Part shown: in pieces, positions 28,931 to 38,250 of the stretch
Layout: every line of letters begins with the position of its first letter
Numbering within the stretch: the first letter of the stretch is position 1
DNA from: Alphaproteobacteria bacterium
GTDB lineage: Bacteria > Pseudomonadota > Alphaproteobacteria > UBA828
Direction of reading: 5' to 3'
Assembly (NCBI GenBank): GCA_965220745.1
Contig: CBDCQT010000007.1
Location: 32,001 to 96,000 of the forward strand
Length of the DNA stretch: 64,000 nt
Position numbers and translations under genes: made by a program
Notes under the pieces: generated by a model
What the model saw: only the letters and a program-made list of their open reading frames with translations
Database searches by the model: none
Told to the model about the DNA's origin: nothing

Positions 28931-30025
28931 TCAACCGGCTTCGGCCGCCTGCCCGGCGTTCCCCGCCGCCGCCCGGTCGCGCTCCCGGTCGCGCTCTCGC
29001 TCGTTGCCGAGGGCGCGGACCAGGGTGCCGAGCGATACGGTGCCGACCGGCTCGCCCTCGCCGTTCAGGACGCGGGCCTCGCCACCGGGTGATGCGACCG
29101 CGACCGGCAGCGCCTCCTCCACCGACATGTCGTGCGGGCAATCGGGCCCCTGCAAGTCCGGCCTGAGCGGCTCCATGATGGAGCCCACGCGAATGACGCG
29201 GCCGCGATTGATGCTCTTCGTGAAGTCGGCGATGTAGGAGTCCGCTGGGCGCAGCACGATGTCCTGCGAATCGCCGTTCTGAACGACCTCGCCGTCGCGC
29301 AGGATCGCGATGCGGTCGCCGATCTCAATGGCTTCCTCGAGGTCGTGGGTGACGAACACAATGGTCTTGTGCAACTCGTGCTGCAGGTCCAGCAGCAGCA
29401 CCCGCATGTCCGATCGGATCAGCGGATCGAGCGCACTGAAGGCCTCGTCCATCAGCAAGATGTCTGCATCGGTCGCAAGCGCGCGGGCGAGGCCGACGCG
29501 CTGCTGCATACCGCCTGAGAGGTGATGCGGATAGGAGTTTTCGTAGCCCTGCAGGCCGACCCTCTCGATCCAACGCGCCGCGCGGTCGGCGCGTTCGCGC
29601 TTAGCAAGGCGCTGAAGCGCCAGGCCGTAACTGATGTTGTCCATCACGGTCCGGTGCGGGAACAGCGCAAAGCGCTGGAACACCATGCTGATCTTGTAGC
29701 GCCGGAGCTGCTTTAGCGCTGCGGCGTCGAGCGCGAGCATGTCCTCCCCGTCCACACGGATTTCGCCTTCGGTCGGGTCGATGAGACGGTTGATATGGCG
29801 GACGAGGGTGGACTTGCCGGAGCCGCTGAGTCCCATGACGACCTGGATGCTGCGCGGGGACACGTCCAGATTGATGTCGCGCAGTCCGAGCACGTGACCG
29901 TGGTCTTCCAGCAGCTCCTGCTTGCCGATGCCTTCGTGCACCAGCGGCATCACCGACGCCGGGTCGGCGCCGAACACCTTGTAGAGGCGTCCGACGTGGA
30001 TGCCTTCGTGGGTCTGCGCGGTCAT
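28931..30025 (-). CDS. Glycine betaine/proline-type ABC transporter ATP-binding protein (ProV-like)
   Basis: MGLSGSGKSTLVRHINRLIDPT, LSGGMQQRVGLARAL, LMDEAFSALDPLIR; degenerate CBS-like C-terminus. Confidence 0.93.
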   Translation of the reverse strand: MTAQTHEGIHVGRLYKVFGADPASVMPLVHEGIGKQELLEDHGHVLGLRDINLDVSPRSIQVVMGLSGSGKSTLVRHINRLIDPTEGEIRVDGEDMLALDAAALKQLRRYKISMVFQRFALFPHRTVMDNISYGLALQRLAKRERADRAARWIERVGLQGYENSYPHHLSGGMQQRVGLARALATDADILLMDEAFSALDPLIRSDMRVLLLDLQHELHKTIVFVTHDLEEAIEIGDRIAILRDGEVVQNGDSQDIVLRPADSYIADFTKSINRGRVIRVGSIMEPLRPDLQGPDCPHDMSVEEALPVAVASPGGEARVLNGEGEPVGTVSLGTLVRALGNERERDRERDRAAAGNAGQAAEAG

Positions 30026-30903
30026 GACTGCCGCTGCGCCTGGATGCGCCGGCCGTAGCTCTGGGTTACCCGATCGAACACGATCGCGAGCCCGACCACC
30101 GCCGCCCCGTTGAAGAGGCCGAGGGCGAAGTACTGGTTGGTGACCGCCTGGAGCACGGGCATGCCGAGGCCCTTCACGCCAATCATCGAGGCGATCACCA
30201 CCATCGAGAGCGCCATCATGATCGTCTGGTTGACGCCGGCCATGATGTTGGGCAGCGCCAGCGGCAACTGCACGCCGAAGAGCCTTCGCCAAGTACCGGC
30301 GCCGAAGGCGTCCGCCGCCTCCAGCACCTCCTGATCCACCAGGCGGATGCCGAGGTTGGTCAGCCGGATCACCGGGGGCACGGCGTAGATCACCACCGCG
30401 ATCAGCCCCGGTATCTTGCCGAGGCCGAACAGCATTACCACAGGAATCAGGTAGACGAAGATCGGCATCGTCTGCATCACGTCGAGGATCGGCGTCATGA
30501 ACGCCTGCATGCGGTCGGAACGCGACATGGCGATGCCGAGGGGAATGCCGATGGCGATGGCGATGAGGGTGGCGACGAAGATGATGGCGAGCGTGCGCAT
30601 CGTGTCCTCCCACATGCCGAGGACACCGATGATGAGGAAGGCGACGATGACGCCGAGGCTCAGCCGCACGCGCCGGCTCGCGGCGTAGCAGATGCCTGCG
30701 ATCGCGAGCACGATCACCCACCAGGGGGCGTTGAGCAGGATCCACTCGAACCTGATCAGGAGCCAGAGAAGCGGGTCGAAGGCGCTTTCGATAGCATCGC
30801 CGTAGTTGCGCGAGAAGGTCTTGTACGCTGCGTCGATCGACTTGTGGACGGCACGCAGCGTGGCAATGTCGAGAGTGGGAAAATTCAGGACCCAGTCAGT
30901 CAC
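30022..30903 (-). CDS. Glycine betaine/proline-type ABC transporter permease (ProW-like)
   Basis: PILDVMQTMPIFVYLIP, IRLTNLGIRLVD, GVNQTIMMALSMVVIASMIG. Confidence 0.93.
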   Translation of the reverse strand: MTDWVLNFPTLDIATLRAVHKSIDAAYKTFSRNYGDAIESAFDPLLWLLIRFEWILLNAPWWVIVLAIAGICYAASRRVRLSLGVIVAFLIIGVLGMWEDTMRTLAIIFVATLIAIAIGIPLGIAMSRSDRMQAFMTPILDVMQTMPIFVYLIPVVMLFGLGKIPGLIAVVIYAVPPVIRLTNLGIRLVDQEVLEAADAFGAGTWRRLFGVQLPLALPNIMAGVNQTIMMALSMVVIASMIGVKGLGMPVLQAVTNQYFALGLFNGAAVVGLAIVFDRVTQSYGRRIQAQRQS

Positions 30904-31066
30904 GGCTCAGGCTCCCCGGTTCTGCTCCCCCGAGGACATGCCGCTCCCACCCGGGCCGCGCCGGCGCGGCTCCCCGTCCCGACGCACCATACGGTTCGCC
31001 GGGGCGGGGCGGGAGAGCGGGCCGGCGCGGACTCTTCCGGTCGGTGTCTGACCCGCCGGAAGCGGG

Positions 31067-32068
31067 CTACATTATCGCCGCCTTCACCTTGGCTGCCACG
31101 TCTTCGGACACCCAGGCGGTCCACACGTCCTCATGGTTCTTGAGGAAGTACTCCGCCGCTTCCCGCGTGGTCGCCTGATTCGAGTCCTTCCACGCCAGGA
31201 CGCTGTTCACCAGGTTATTCGGCCAGGAGACGCTGGAGACGAACCCGAAGGCGTCGGGCGCGCTCTCGGCGAAGCTCGCGGTCACCACTGTGAGCACTAC
31301 CGACTTCGCGTACATGTTTGGCTGCGGGTCGGCGCAATCCTTGTCGATGATGCAGGGCCACGTCTCCGGGTCATGCACCATTCCGCCGAGCTTCACCATC
31401 GGGTAGTTGCCGAGCAGCGCGGTCGGCGCCCAGTAGTAGGCGAAGATCGGGTTGCCGCGCTCATAGGCGCTGGCGATGGCGCCTGCCAGCCCCTCGCCGG
31501 AGCCCGGGTTGAAGATGGTGAAGCCGGCTTCGTCGAGCCCATAGGCCTTGAAGAGATTGGAGTTGACGTACTCGCAGGCCCAGCCTGGCGGGCAGCCGTA
31601 GAAGCGACCCTTGCCCGGCTCCTCCTTGTCGGGGAAGAGGTCGGGCCGCTTGATGACCTCCTGCAGGGTGGTGAGCTCCGGATTCTGCTCCACCACGTAG
31701 TCGGGAACCCACCAGCCTTCCTCGCCGCCGTCGGAGAGGATTTCGCCGGCGATCACGAGACGGCCCTCGTCCACCGCCTTTCCCACGATCTCGCGCGCTG
31801 AGTTGATCCAGACCTCGGGCGCGATATCGGGCTCGCCTTTCTCCGTCATGGAGGTGACGGTGGGCACCGTGTCGCCGGGCACGATCTCGGTATCGCAGCC
31901 GTAGCCTTCCTTGAGGATGATGTCCTCGACATGGGCCGCGACACCCGCCGAGGCCCAGGTCATCTCGGCGATGGTCACCTTGCCGCAGGCCGCATCGGCC
32001 CCGCGCGCAAGGACAAGGGCGCCGGCAACCATGAGTGCCGCCGCCAGTGACATCGACAATCTAGACAT
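31067..32068 (-). CDS. Glycine betaine/histidine-type ABC substrate-binding protein (ProX/HutX-like)
   Basis: Signal peptide then CGKVTIAEMTWASA, GDTVPT, EGWWVP, CPPGWAC, YYWAPT. Confidence 0.9.
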   Translation of the reverse strand: MSRLSMSLAAALMVAGALVLARGADAACGKVTIAEMTWASAGVAAHVEDIILKEGYGCDTEIVPGDTVPTVTSMTEKGEPDIAPEVWINSAREIVGKAVDEGRLVIAGEILSDGGEEGWWVPDYVVEQNPELTTLQEVIKRPDLFPDKEEPGKGRFYGCPPGWACEYVNSNLFKAYGLDEAGFTIFNPGSGEGLAGAIASAYERGNPIFAYYWAPTALLGNYPMVKLGGMVHDPETWPCIIDKDCADPQPNMYAKSVVLTVVTASFAESAPDAFGFVSSVSWPNNLVNSVLAWKDSNQATTREAAEYFLKNHEDVWTAWVSEDVAAKVKAAIM

Positions 32069-32204
32069 TGGACTGCTCCCTGTTGCATCGCGCTCATCCA
32101 GCGGCGCAATGCTCATTGCGGGAATCCGCCGGTACGGCGAACTCCTCCAAGTCGCGATCATAGTCAGCCCGGATGGGCCGTGGCAATCGATCGTTCTCTA
32201 TCGG

Positions 32205-32233
32205 CCTAAAGGACAATCCCGATTGTCTTTAGG
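32205..32233. promoter_or_regulatory. Near-perfect palindrome, candidate operator upstream of the ProXWV-like operon
   Basis: CCTAAAGGACAATC-CC-GATTGTCTTTAGG (13-bp arms with one bulged G). Confidence 0.45.
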
Positions 32234-32426
32234 GACAGAAGAGTTAGGCCATTGCCGGCGGGGGCGCGACGCCCCCGGTGCCGGCCGTCAGGGACCGGCG
32301 GCGCAGATCATGACCGTGGTGTGATATCCGGGAGAAGGGCAGCGATCCCCGGTTCGGAAACGTATTCAACTATATCAATATGTTACGCGAAATTGGCTTC
32401 GTTTTGCAATAAAGCCCGTCGGGGGC

Positions 32427-33878
32427 TCAAGCCTGGCTGCGCAACTCGCGCTCGGTCTGGGGGGCCGGCATGGGGCCGATACCCTCGGCCACCATCTCCC
32501 GCCACTCGCGCTTCTGCGGCATGATCGGCGGCACCGGGATGGTCGTGGGCTCAGGCGTGGCATCCGCGATCGGCTTCTCCATCGCCCGTCCCGTCACCTC
32601 GCCCCGGCGGAAGAAGCCGTTGTAGATGCTCCAGTGCAGCCGGTTGCGCGAGCCGGTGAGCGGGAAGCGCTTGGCGATCGAGGGCAGCGAGTAGAAGTTC
32701 CGGTAGGCCCGCATGTGGCCTTCGCGGAGCGTCTGGGTGCTGAGCTTCTCGGGCCGGTAGACGATGTGCCCCTGGTCGTAGAGATCCCAGTCGTAGGAGA
32801 CGATCTGCCCGGCCTTCTTCATCTCGTACCAGGTGAGCGTGCCGGGATAGGGGGTCAGCACCGAATAGGCGCAGGCGTCGTACTTGGCGTCGATATTGAA
32901 GTTCGTCGTCTCGTCGAACACGGTCTCGTCGTCGCCGCCGAAGCCGAACATGAAGAGCCCGAAGACCATGATCCCGTAGCTGTGGATCTTCTCCACCAGC
33001 GCGGCGAACTGCTCCGGCCGGTTGACGTACTTGTGGACCCGCTTGAGCGTTTCGCGCGAGATCGATTCGAAGCCGATGCTCAGCATGTAGCAGCCGCTCT
33101 CGGCCGCGAGCTCGAGCATCTCGTCCTTCTGGGCGAGCTTGCTGGTGGCGGCGGCCTGCCAGCGAATACCGCGCCCTCTGAGCGCCCGCATCACCTCCTT
33201 GGGCCGCTCCTCGGTGCCGAAGAAATCAGCGTCGTTGAGGGAGATCGTGCGCTGCCCGCACATCTCGATCTCGCGGATCACCTCGTCGACCGGCCGGTAG
33301 CGGAACTTGAGCCCGTTCATCAGCGGCTCGGCGCAGAAGGTGCAGCCCTGGTGGCAGCCGCGCGAGGTCTGGACGAAGGTGCGGTTGACGTAGCGGTTCT
33401 TCTTCACCAGGTCGTAGCGGGGAATGGGCACGTCGACCATCGGGTGCAGCGTGTCGGCACGGTAGATGCCCTTGACCTCGCCGCGATCCAGGTCGTCCAG
33501 GAGCTTGGGCATGACCAGCTCGGCCTCGCCAATCACCACGGCGTCGCAGTGCTCAAGCGCCTCCTGCGGCATGAAGCTCGCATGCACGCCGCCTATGACC
33601 ACGGGCACGCCTTTCGCGCGGTAGCGGTCGGCAATCTCGTAGCCGCGCTTGATGTAGCTCGTCATGGCCGAGATGCCGACCATGTCGACCTTCAGGTCGA
33701 AGTCGATGTCCTCAATGTTCTCGTCGGTCATCACGACTTCGTAGCGGTCCTGCGGAATCACCGCCGCCACCGCCAGCAGACCCGCCAGCGGCGAATAGAG
33801 CGCCCGGTTGAAGTACATCGGGCGCGTCGTGAACTGGTTGGTCTGGGGATTGATGAGGTGGATGATTCGAGTGCGCAT
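32427..33878 (-). CDS. B12-binding domain radical SAM protein
   Basis: N-terminal cobalamin-binding region (VGISAMT, VVIGGVHAS, VVIGEAE) and QTSRGCHQGCTFC CxxxCxxC motif. Confidence 0.92.
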   Translation of the reverse strand: MRTRIIHLINPQTNQFTTRPMYFNRALYSPLAGLLAVAAVIPQDRYEVVMTDENIEDIDFDLKVDMVGISAMTSYIKRGYEIADRYRAKGVPVVIGGVHASFMPQEALEHCDAVVIGEAELVMPKLLDDLDRGEVKGIYRADTLHPMVDVPIPRYDLVKKNRYVNRTFVQTSRGCHQGCTFCAEPLMNGLKFRYRPVDEVIREIEMCGQRTISLNDADFFGTEERPKEVMRALRGRGIRWQAAATSKLAQKDEMLELAAESGCYMLSIGFESISRETLKRVHKYVNRPEQFAALVEKIHSYGIMVFGLFMFGFGGDDETVFDETTNFNIDAKYDACAYSVLTPYPGTLTWYEMKKAGQIVSYDWDLYDQGHIVYRPEKLSTQTLREGHMRAYRNFYSLPSIAKRFPLTGSRNRLHWSIYNGFFRRGEVTGRAMEKPIADATPEPTTIPVPPIMPQKREWREMVAEGIGPMPAPQTERELRSQA

Positions 33879-34012
33879 GCGTTCCTCCGCTCGCGCGATT
33901 ATACCGCAGCCCGGCCAGCCTGCCGAGTGGCTATGCGAGTCGTTTTCAACGCCTCCATTCCACCTATGCCGGCCGCAGCGTCAAGGGCCGATAACGTGGC
34001 GGGGAATACAGG

Positions 34013-34720
34013 CTAATGAATCTCCTTCGCCTCGCGCAGGGCCTGCGCCATTACGTCGGCCGAAAACCCCGGCTCCTTGCATGCCGCCAGGATCGGCGCC
34101 TCGCGCCGCATGCAGAGCTCGGCCGCCGCCGGCACCTCGCGCGCCGCCTCATGCGGGATGATGACCGCGCCGTGGCGGTCGGCGTGTACGAGGTCGCCCG
34201 AGTGAGTCACCATGCCGCAGACATCCACCGGCTCGCCGAAGCTGACCAGGTGAACCCAGGCATGAGAAGGAACCACCGTGCCAGAAATGAGCTGGAAGCC
34301 GTCGGCGATCATGTCGAGGTCGCGCACGGCGCCGTCGGTCACGACGCCGAGGCAGCCCAGGGCCTGATGCACGGCGGAATGCACCTCGCCCCACCAGGAC
34401 GCCGCCCCGCGCCGGGAATCGATGTCCTGGATGACCATGATGCCGGGCCGGTGCCCCGCCTCCACGTAGCGGTAGTAGGCCACGCGGTCGGCGGTCATCG
34501 CGTCGCCGTTCTTCGCAGGTTTCTCCATCGAGCGGATGGTAGCGGTGCGCGCGTAGCCCACCATCGGCTGAAGCTCCGGGAAGGCGCAGATCAGCGTCTC
34601 GGTCGTGAAGCCGAAGGTGCGGCGCTCGGGGCAGACGATCTCCAGCGCGTTGCAGATCGTCGGCGTGTCGTAGGCGCGAAGCGCCGCCAACTCGGCTTCG
34701 TTGAGGGGTGTCTCGGTCAC
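34013..34720 (-). CDS. RraA family protein (HMG/CHA aldolase-like)
   Basis: DTPTICNALE, VGYARTATIR, WGEVHSAVH, VTDGAVRDL, GDLVHADRHGAV; GTG start. Confidence 0.88.
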   Translation of the reverse strand: MTETPLNEAELAALRAYDTPTICNALEIVCPERRTFGFTTETLICAFPELQPMVGYARTATIRSMEKPAKNGDAMTADRVAYYRYVEAGHRPGIMVIQDIDSRRGAASWWGEVHSAVHQALGCLGVVTDGAVRDLDMIADGFQLISGTVVPSHAWVHLVSFGEPVDVCGMVTHSGDLVHADRHGAVIIPHEAAREVPAAAELCMRREAPILAACKEPGFSADVMAQALREAKEIH

Positions 34721-34814
34721 CGGGGGTCCTCCCTGTTGATGGCGCCGGATATTCGCCGATGGAGGGCGCCAGGCGCAAATCCCGTGCCGCCGGCGCCGCT
34801 TACCGCCGCCTGAC

Positions 34815-35957
34815 ATGCCGATCGCGCTCTACACGCCCGCCGCTCGTCCCGATCCCGCTGCACCGTGGGGCGGGCCGCGGCTGATGCGCCTCGTGGCACG
34901 AGCGCTGGAGGCCGCCGGCTACCACACCATCGCGCCCACCGAGTTTTGGAGCGACGAGGCTCTCGAGGACAACCGCCACCAGGCGGCGCTCGAACGAAAG
35001 GCCGCCAGGCGGGCGCGCAAGCTCGTCACCGCCTACCGCGATTTTCCGGCCGTCGCCCGGCCCGAGGCGTGGCTCACCTGCGACCTCCGCCACACGGCGC
35101 CGGACCTGATCGGCCCCGCCGTGGCGGAGGCGCTCGACATCCCCTACCTGCTGGTGGGCGCTGCCTACGCGCGGGCGGAGGCGGGCGGCGCGCGGGCGCG
35201 CTGGCTCTCGTACACGGCCCGCGCCATCGCGCGAGCACGGGCGGTGCTCTCGCTCACCGCCGAGGACGAGGAGAGCATCCGGGCGCTGGTGCCGAACACC
35301 GCGCGGCTCTACAGGCTGGCGCCCTTCCTCGACCTCGCGCCCTACCGGGCGGTGGACCGCGACGCGGCCCGCCGCGCGCTGGCGGACACGCTGTCGCTCG
35401 ACCCCGCGCGCCCGTGGCTTCTGGCGGTCGCCCCAATGCAGACCGGCGCCGCACTGGCCTCCTGGCGGCTGCTGGGGCGTTCGCTCAACCTGATCGCGGA
35501 CCCGCCCTGGCAGCTTCTCGTCGTCGGCGAGGGCGAGGCGCGTTGGCTGGTGGAGGAGGCGATGGCGCCGCTCGGGCCGGGTCTTGCGGTCTTCGCCGGT
35601 GCGCGCGCGGATGACGAGCTCCCGGCGGTCTACGCCGCCTGCGACCTCTACGTCTGGCCCGCCTACCAGGAGACCTTCGGCATGGCGATGCTGGAGGCGC
35701 AGGCGGCCGGCCTCGCCGTCGTGGCGCAAGACTGGCCCGGCGCTGCCGCGGTCGTCGCCAATGGCGAGACAGGGCTGCTCACGCCGCGCCAGGACGACGT
35801 GGCCTTCGCCGGCGCGGTGGTCGAGCTTTGTGCCGACGAAGAGAGGCGCTGGGCGATGGGCGAGGCTGCAGCGGCACGGGCGCAGAAGCAGCACGGGATC
35901 GAGAGCGCCGCGGCGACGCTGCAACGCGCCCTCGACGCCGCGCTCACCGACGCCTGA
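34815..35957 (+). CDS. Glycosyltransferase family 4
   Basis: YAACDLYVWPAYQETFGMAMLEAQAAGLAVV GT-B signature. Confidence 0.9.
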   Translation: MPIALYTPAARPDPAAPWGGPRLMRLVARALEAAGYHTIAPTEFWSDEALEDNRHQAALERKAARRARKLVTAYRDFPAVARPEAWLTCDLRHTAPDLIGPAVAEALDIPYLLVGAAYARAEAGGARARWLSYTARAIARARAVLSLTAEDEESIRALVPNTARLYRLAPFLDLAPYRAVDRDAARRALADTLSLDPARPWLLAVAPMQTGAALASWRLLGRSLNLIADPPWQLLVVGEGEARWLVEEAMAPLGPGLAVFAGARADDELPAVYAACDLYVWPAYQETFGMAMLEAQAAGLAVVAQDWPGAAAVVANGETGLLTPRQDDVAFAGAVVELCADEERRWAMGEAAAARAQKQHGIESAAATLQRALDAALTDA

Positions 35958-36019
35958 TCCACGGATAGAAATCCGGGTTAATCCAAAGCCGGCTCCGGGC
36001 TACAAGGGGGCCGTCTGAG

Positions 36020-37681
36020 ATGACGGGCCATGAGCGAGCGACGGCGGTGGAACACCCGATGGCGTCACACAGCGATCCGCGCGTCCCGGCAGCGGACAGG
36101 TGCGTGCTGCGCTACCTGCTCGACCGGCTGGCGGCGGCGACGCCGGACAAGGTCTTCTGCGTCTTCGAGGACGGCGCTGAGTGGAGTTACGCGCGCACCC
36201 GCGCAGAGGTGATCGAGACCGCCATCGCCCTGCAGGCTTTGGGTGTGCGCCAGGGCGACCACGTGCTCTCGTGGCTGCCCAACGGCGCCGATGCGCTCCG
36301 CATCTTCTTGGGCTCGAACTATCTGGGCGCCGTCTACGTGCCCATCAACACCGCCTACAAGGGCCGGCTGCTGGAGCACGTGGTGGCGCGCTCCGACGCC
36401 CGCCTCATGGTCGCCCACGCGGAGCTCGCACCGAGACTCGCCTCTATCGGCCGGGCGAGCCTGGAGACCCTGGTGGCCGTCGGCGGCCCGCCGCCCGCCA
36501 TCGACGGCCTCGCCGTTTTAGACGAGGCCGCGCTTCACCCTGAGGGCGGGTCGCTCGCCCCGCTGGAGCGCCCCATCGAGCCGTGGGACACGCAGTCGAT
36601 CATCTTTACTTCTGGCACCACGGGCCCGTCGAAGGCGGTGCTCAGCTCCTACTGCCACGCCTTCTCGAATTTCGGGCCCGACATCTGGCAGTTCATCACG
36701 CCGGAGGACCGCTACCTCATCAGCCTGCCGCTCTTCCACCTGGGCGGCGCGACCATCGCCTACGGCATGCTCTGCCAGCACGCCTCGATCACGCTGGTGG
36801 AGTACTTCAAGACGCAGTCGTTTTGGGACACCGTGCGCCGCACCGGCGTCACCTCGGTGTTCCTGCTCGGCGTCATGGCGCAGTTCCTGGAGAAGGAGCC
36901 GCCCAAGGCGGATGACCGCGACCACCCCTTGCGCACCGTCGGCATGGTGCCGCTGGTGAACGATGTCGACGCGTTCATGGAGCGCTTCGGCCTGGAGGTC
37001 TATTCGATCTACAACATGACCGAGCTCTGCTGCCCGGTGATGACGACCGTGCCCATGACCGTGCCGGGGAGCGCCGGGCGCGTGCGGCCGGGCTGCGAGC
37101 TTCGTGTGGTCGATGCCAACGATTGCGAGGTGCCGACCGGCGCGGTCGGCGAGATCGTGGTGCGGGCGGATACGCCCTGGGCCATCAACCATGGCTACTA
37201 CAAGGAGCCGGAGGCGACCGCACGGGCCTGGCGCAACGGCTGGTTCCACACCGGCGACGCCGGTCGCGTGGACGAGGACGGCAACCTCTACTTCGTCGAC
37301 CGGCTGAAGGACACGATCCGCCGGCGCGGTGAGAACATCTCGTCCCTGGAGGTGGAGACCGAGGTCGCTGCCCATCCGGCGGTGCGCGAGGCCGCCGTGG
37401 TTCCGGTGCCGAGCGAGCTCGGCGAGGACGAGGTCATGGCGGTGGTCGCGCTCCAGCCGGGGCAGGAACTCGACCCGGCGGCGCTTCTGGAGTTCCTGGA
37501 GCCGCGCCTCGCCCACTTCATGATTCCCCGCTACGTGCGCATCGTCGACGCCCTGCCCAAGACGCCGACCGAGAAGATCGAGAAGCACAGGCTGCGCACG
37601 GAGGGCATCACCGCGGACAGCTGGGACCGCGAGGCCGCAGGCGTGCGCATCAGGCGCGAGCGGCTCGGGGCTTCCCGATGA
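36020..37681 (+). CDS. AMP-dependent acyl-CoA ligase (CaiC-like)
   Basis: IFTSGTTGPSK, YNMTE, WFHTGD, DRLKDTIRRRGENISS, LPKTPTEK. Confidence 0.92.
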   Translation: MTGHERATAVEHPMASHSDPRVPAADRCVLRYLLDRLAAATPDKVFCVFEDGAEWSYARTRAEVIETAIALQALGVRQGDHVLSWLPNGADALRIFLGSNYLGAVYVPINTAYKGRLLEHVVARSDARLMVAHAELAPRLASIGRASLETLVAVGGPPPAIDGLAVLDEAALHPEGGSLAPLERPIEPWDTQSIIFTSGTTGPSKAVLSSYCHAFSNFGPDIWQFITPEDRYLISLPLFHLGGATIAYGMLCQHASITLVEYFKTQSFWDTVRRTGVTSVFLLGVMAQFLEKEPPKADDRDHPLRTVGMVPLVNDVDAFMERFGLEVYSIYNMTELCCPVMTTVPMTVPGSAGRVRPGCELRVVDANDCEVPTGAVGEIVVRADTPWAINHGYYKEPEATARAWRNGWFHTGDAGRVDEDGNLYFVDRLKDTIRRRGENISSLEVETEVAAHPAVREAAVVPVPSELGEDEVMAVVALQPGQELDPAALLEFLEPRLAHFMIPRYVRIVDALPKTPTEKIEKHRLRTEGITADSWDREAAGVRIRRERLGASR

Positions 37682-38241
37682 GCGCGCCCGTCCACGAGGC
37701 CCTGCCCGAGAGCGCATCCGAGAGCGCCGAGGCGGCGGAGGCCGGCGAGAGCCGCCACCGCTACCCGCCGCGCGCGGTCCTGCTCGACTATCTCTATTCC
37801 GGGCTCGGCCTGCTCTTCACCCTCGGACCACTGGGGTTGGCGGCGTCTGGCGGTCCTGCTGCCTGGGTGCTCGGCGCACTCGCGGCGCTCTTCGCTGTCT
37901 ACGGTGTCCGCACGATGCTCAGGCACAGGACGTGGCTCGGCGTGAGCGAGGACGGCATCACCGTGCACGGCCTCCTGCCCCGGCACCTGCCCTGGGAGCA
38001 GCTGACCCGCTGCACCCTCGGCTACTATTCCACCAGGCGGAAGCGCGATCGCGGCTGGATGCAGCTTACGCTCAAGGCCGGGCGCCGGAGCCTCCGGATC
38101 GATTCTCAGATCGAAGGGTTCAACACGATCGTCCGCCGCGCCGCCCACGCGGCCACCGCGCGCGGCATCGCCCTCGACCACACCACGCGGGAGAACCTCC
38201 GCGCGCTGGAGATCATCGCCGGCGGCGAGGACCACACCTAG
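37678..38241 (+). CDS. Hypothetical membrane protein (two TM helices plus possible PH-like domain)
   Basis: ATGA overlap with the ligase; two hydrophobic segments; YYSTRR...GWMQLTL; in operon context. Confidence 0.7.
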   Translation: MSAPVHEALPESASESAEAAEAGESRHRYPPRAVLLDYLYSGLGLLFTLGPLGLAASGGPAAWVLGALAALFAVYGVRTMLRHRTWLGVSEDGITVHGLLPRHLPWEQLTRCTLGYYSTRRKRDRGWMQLTLKAGRRSLRIDSQIEGFNTIVRRAAHAATARGIALDHTTRENLRALEIIAGGEDHT

Positions 38242-38250
38242 GTATCACCC

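Noticed and set aside
28940-29005. ERERDRERDR low-complexity tail of the ProV-like ATPase
   Set aside because: Short slippage-type repeat at a convergent gene end, with no evidence of function.
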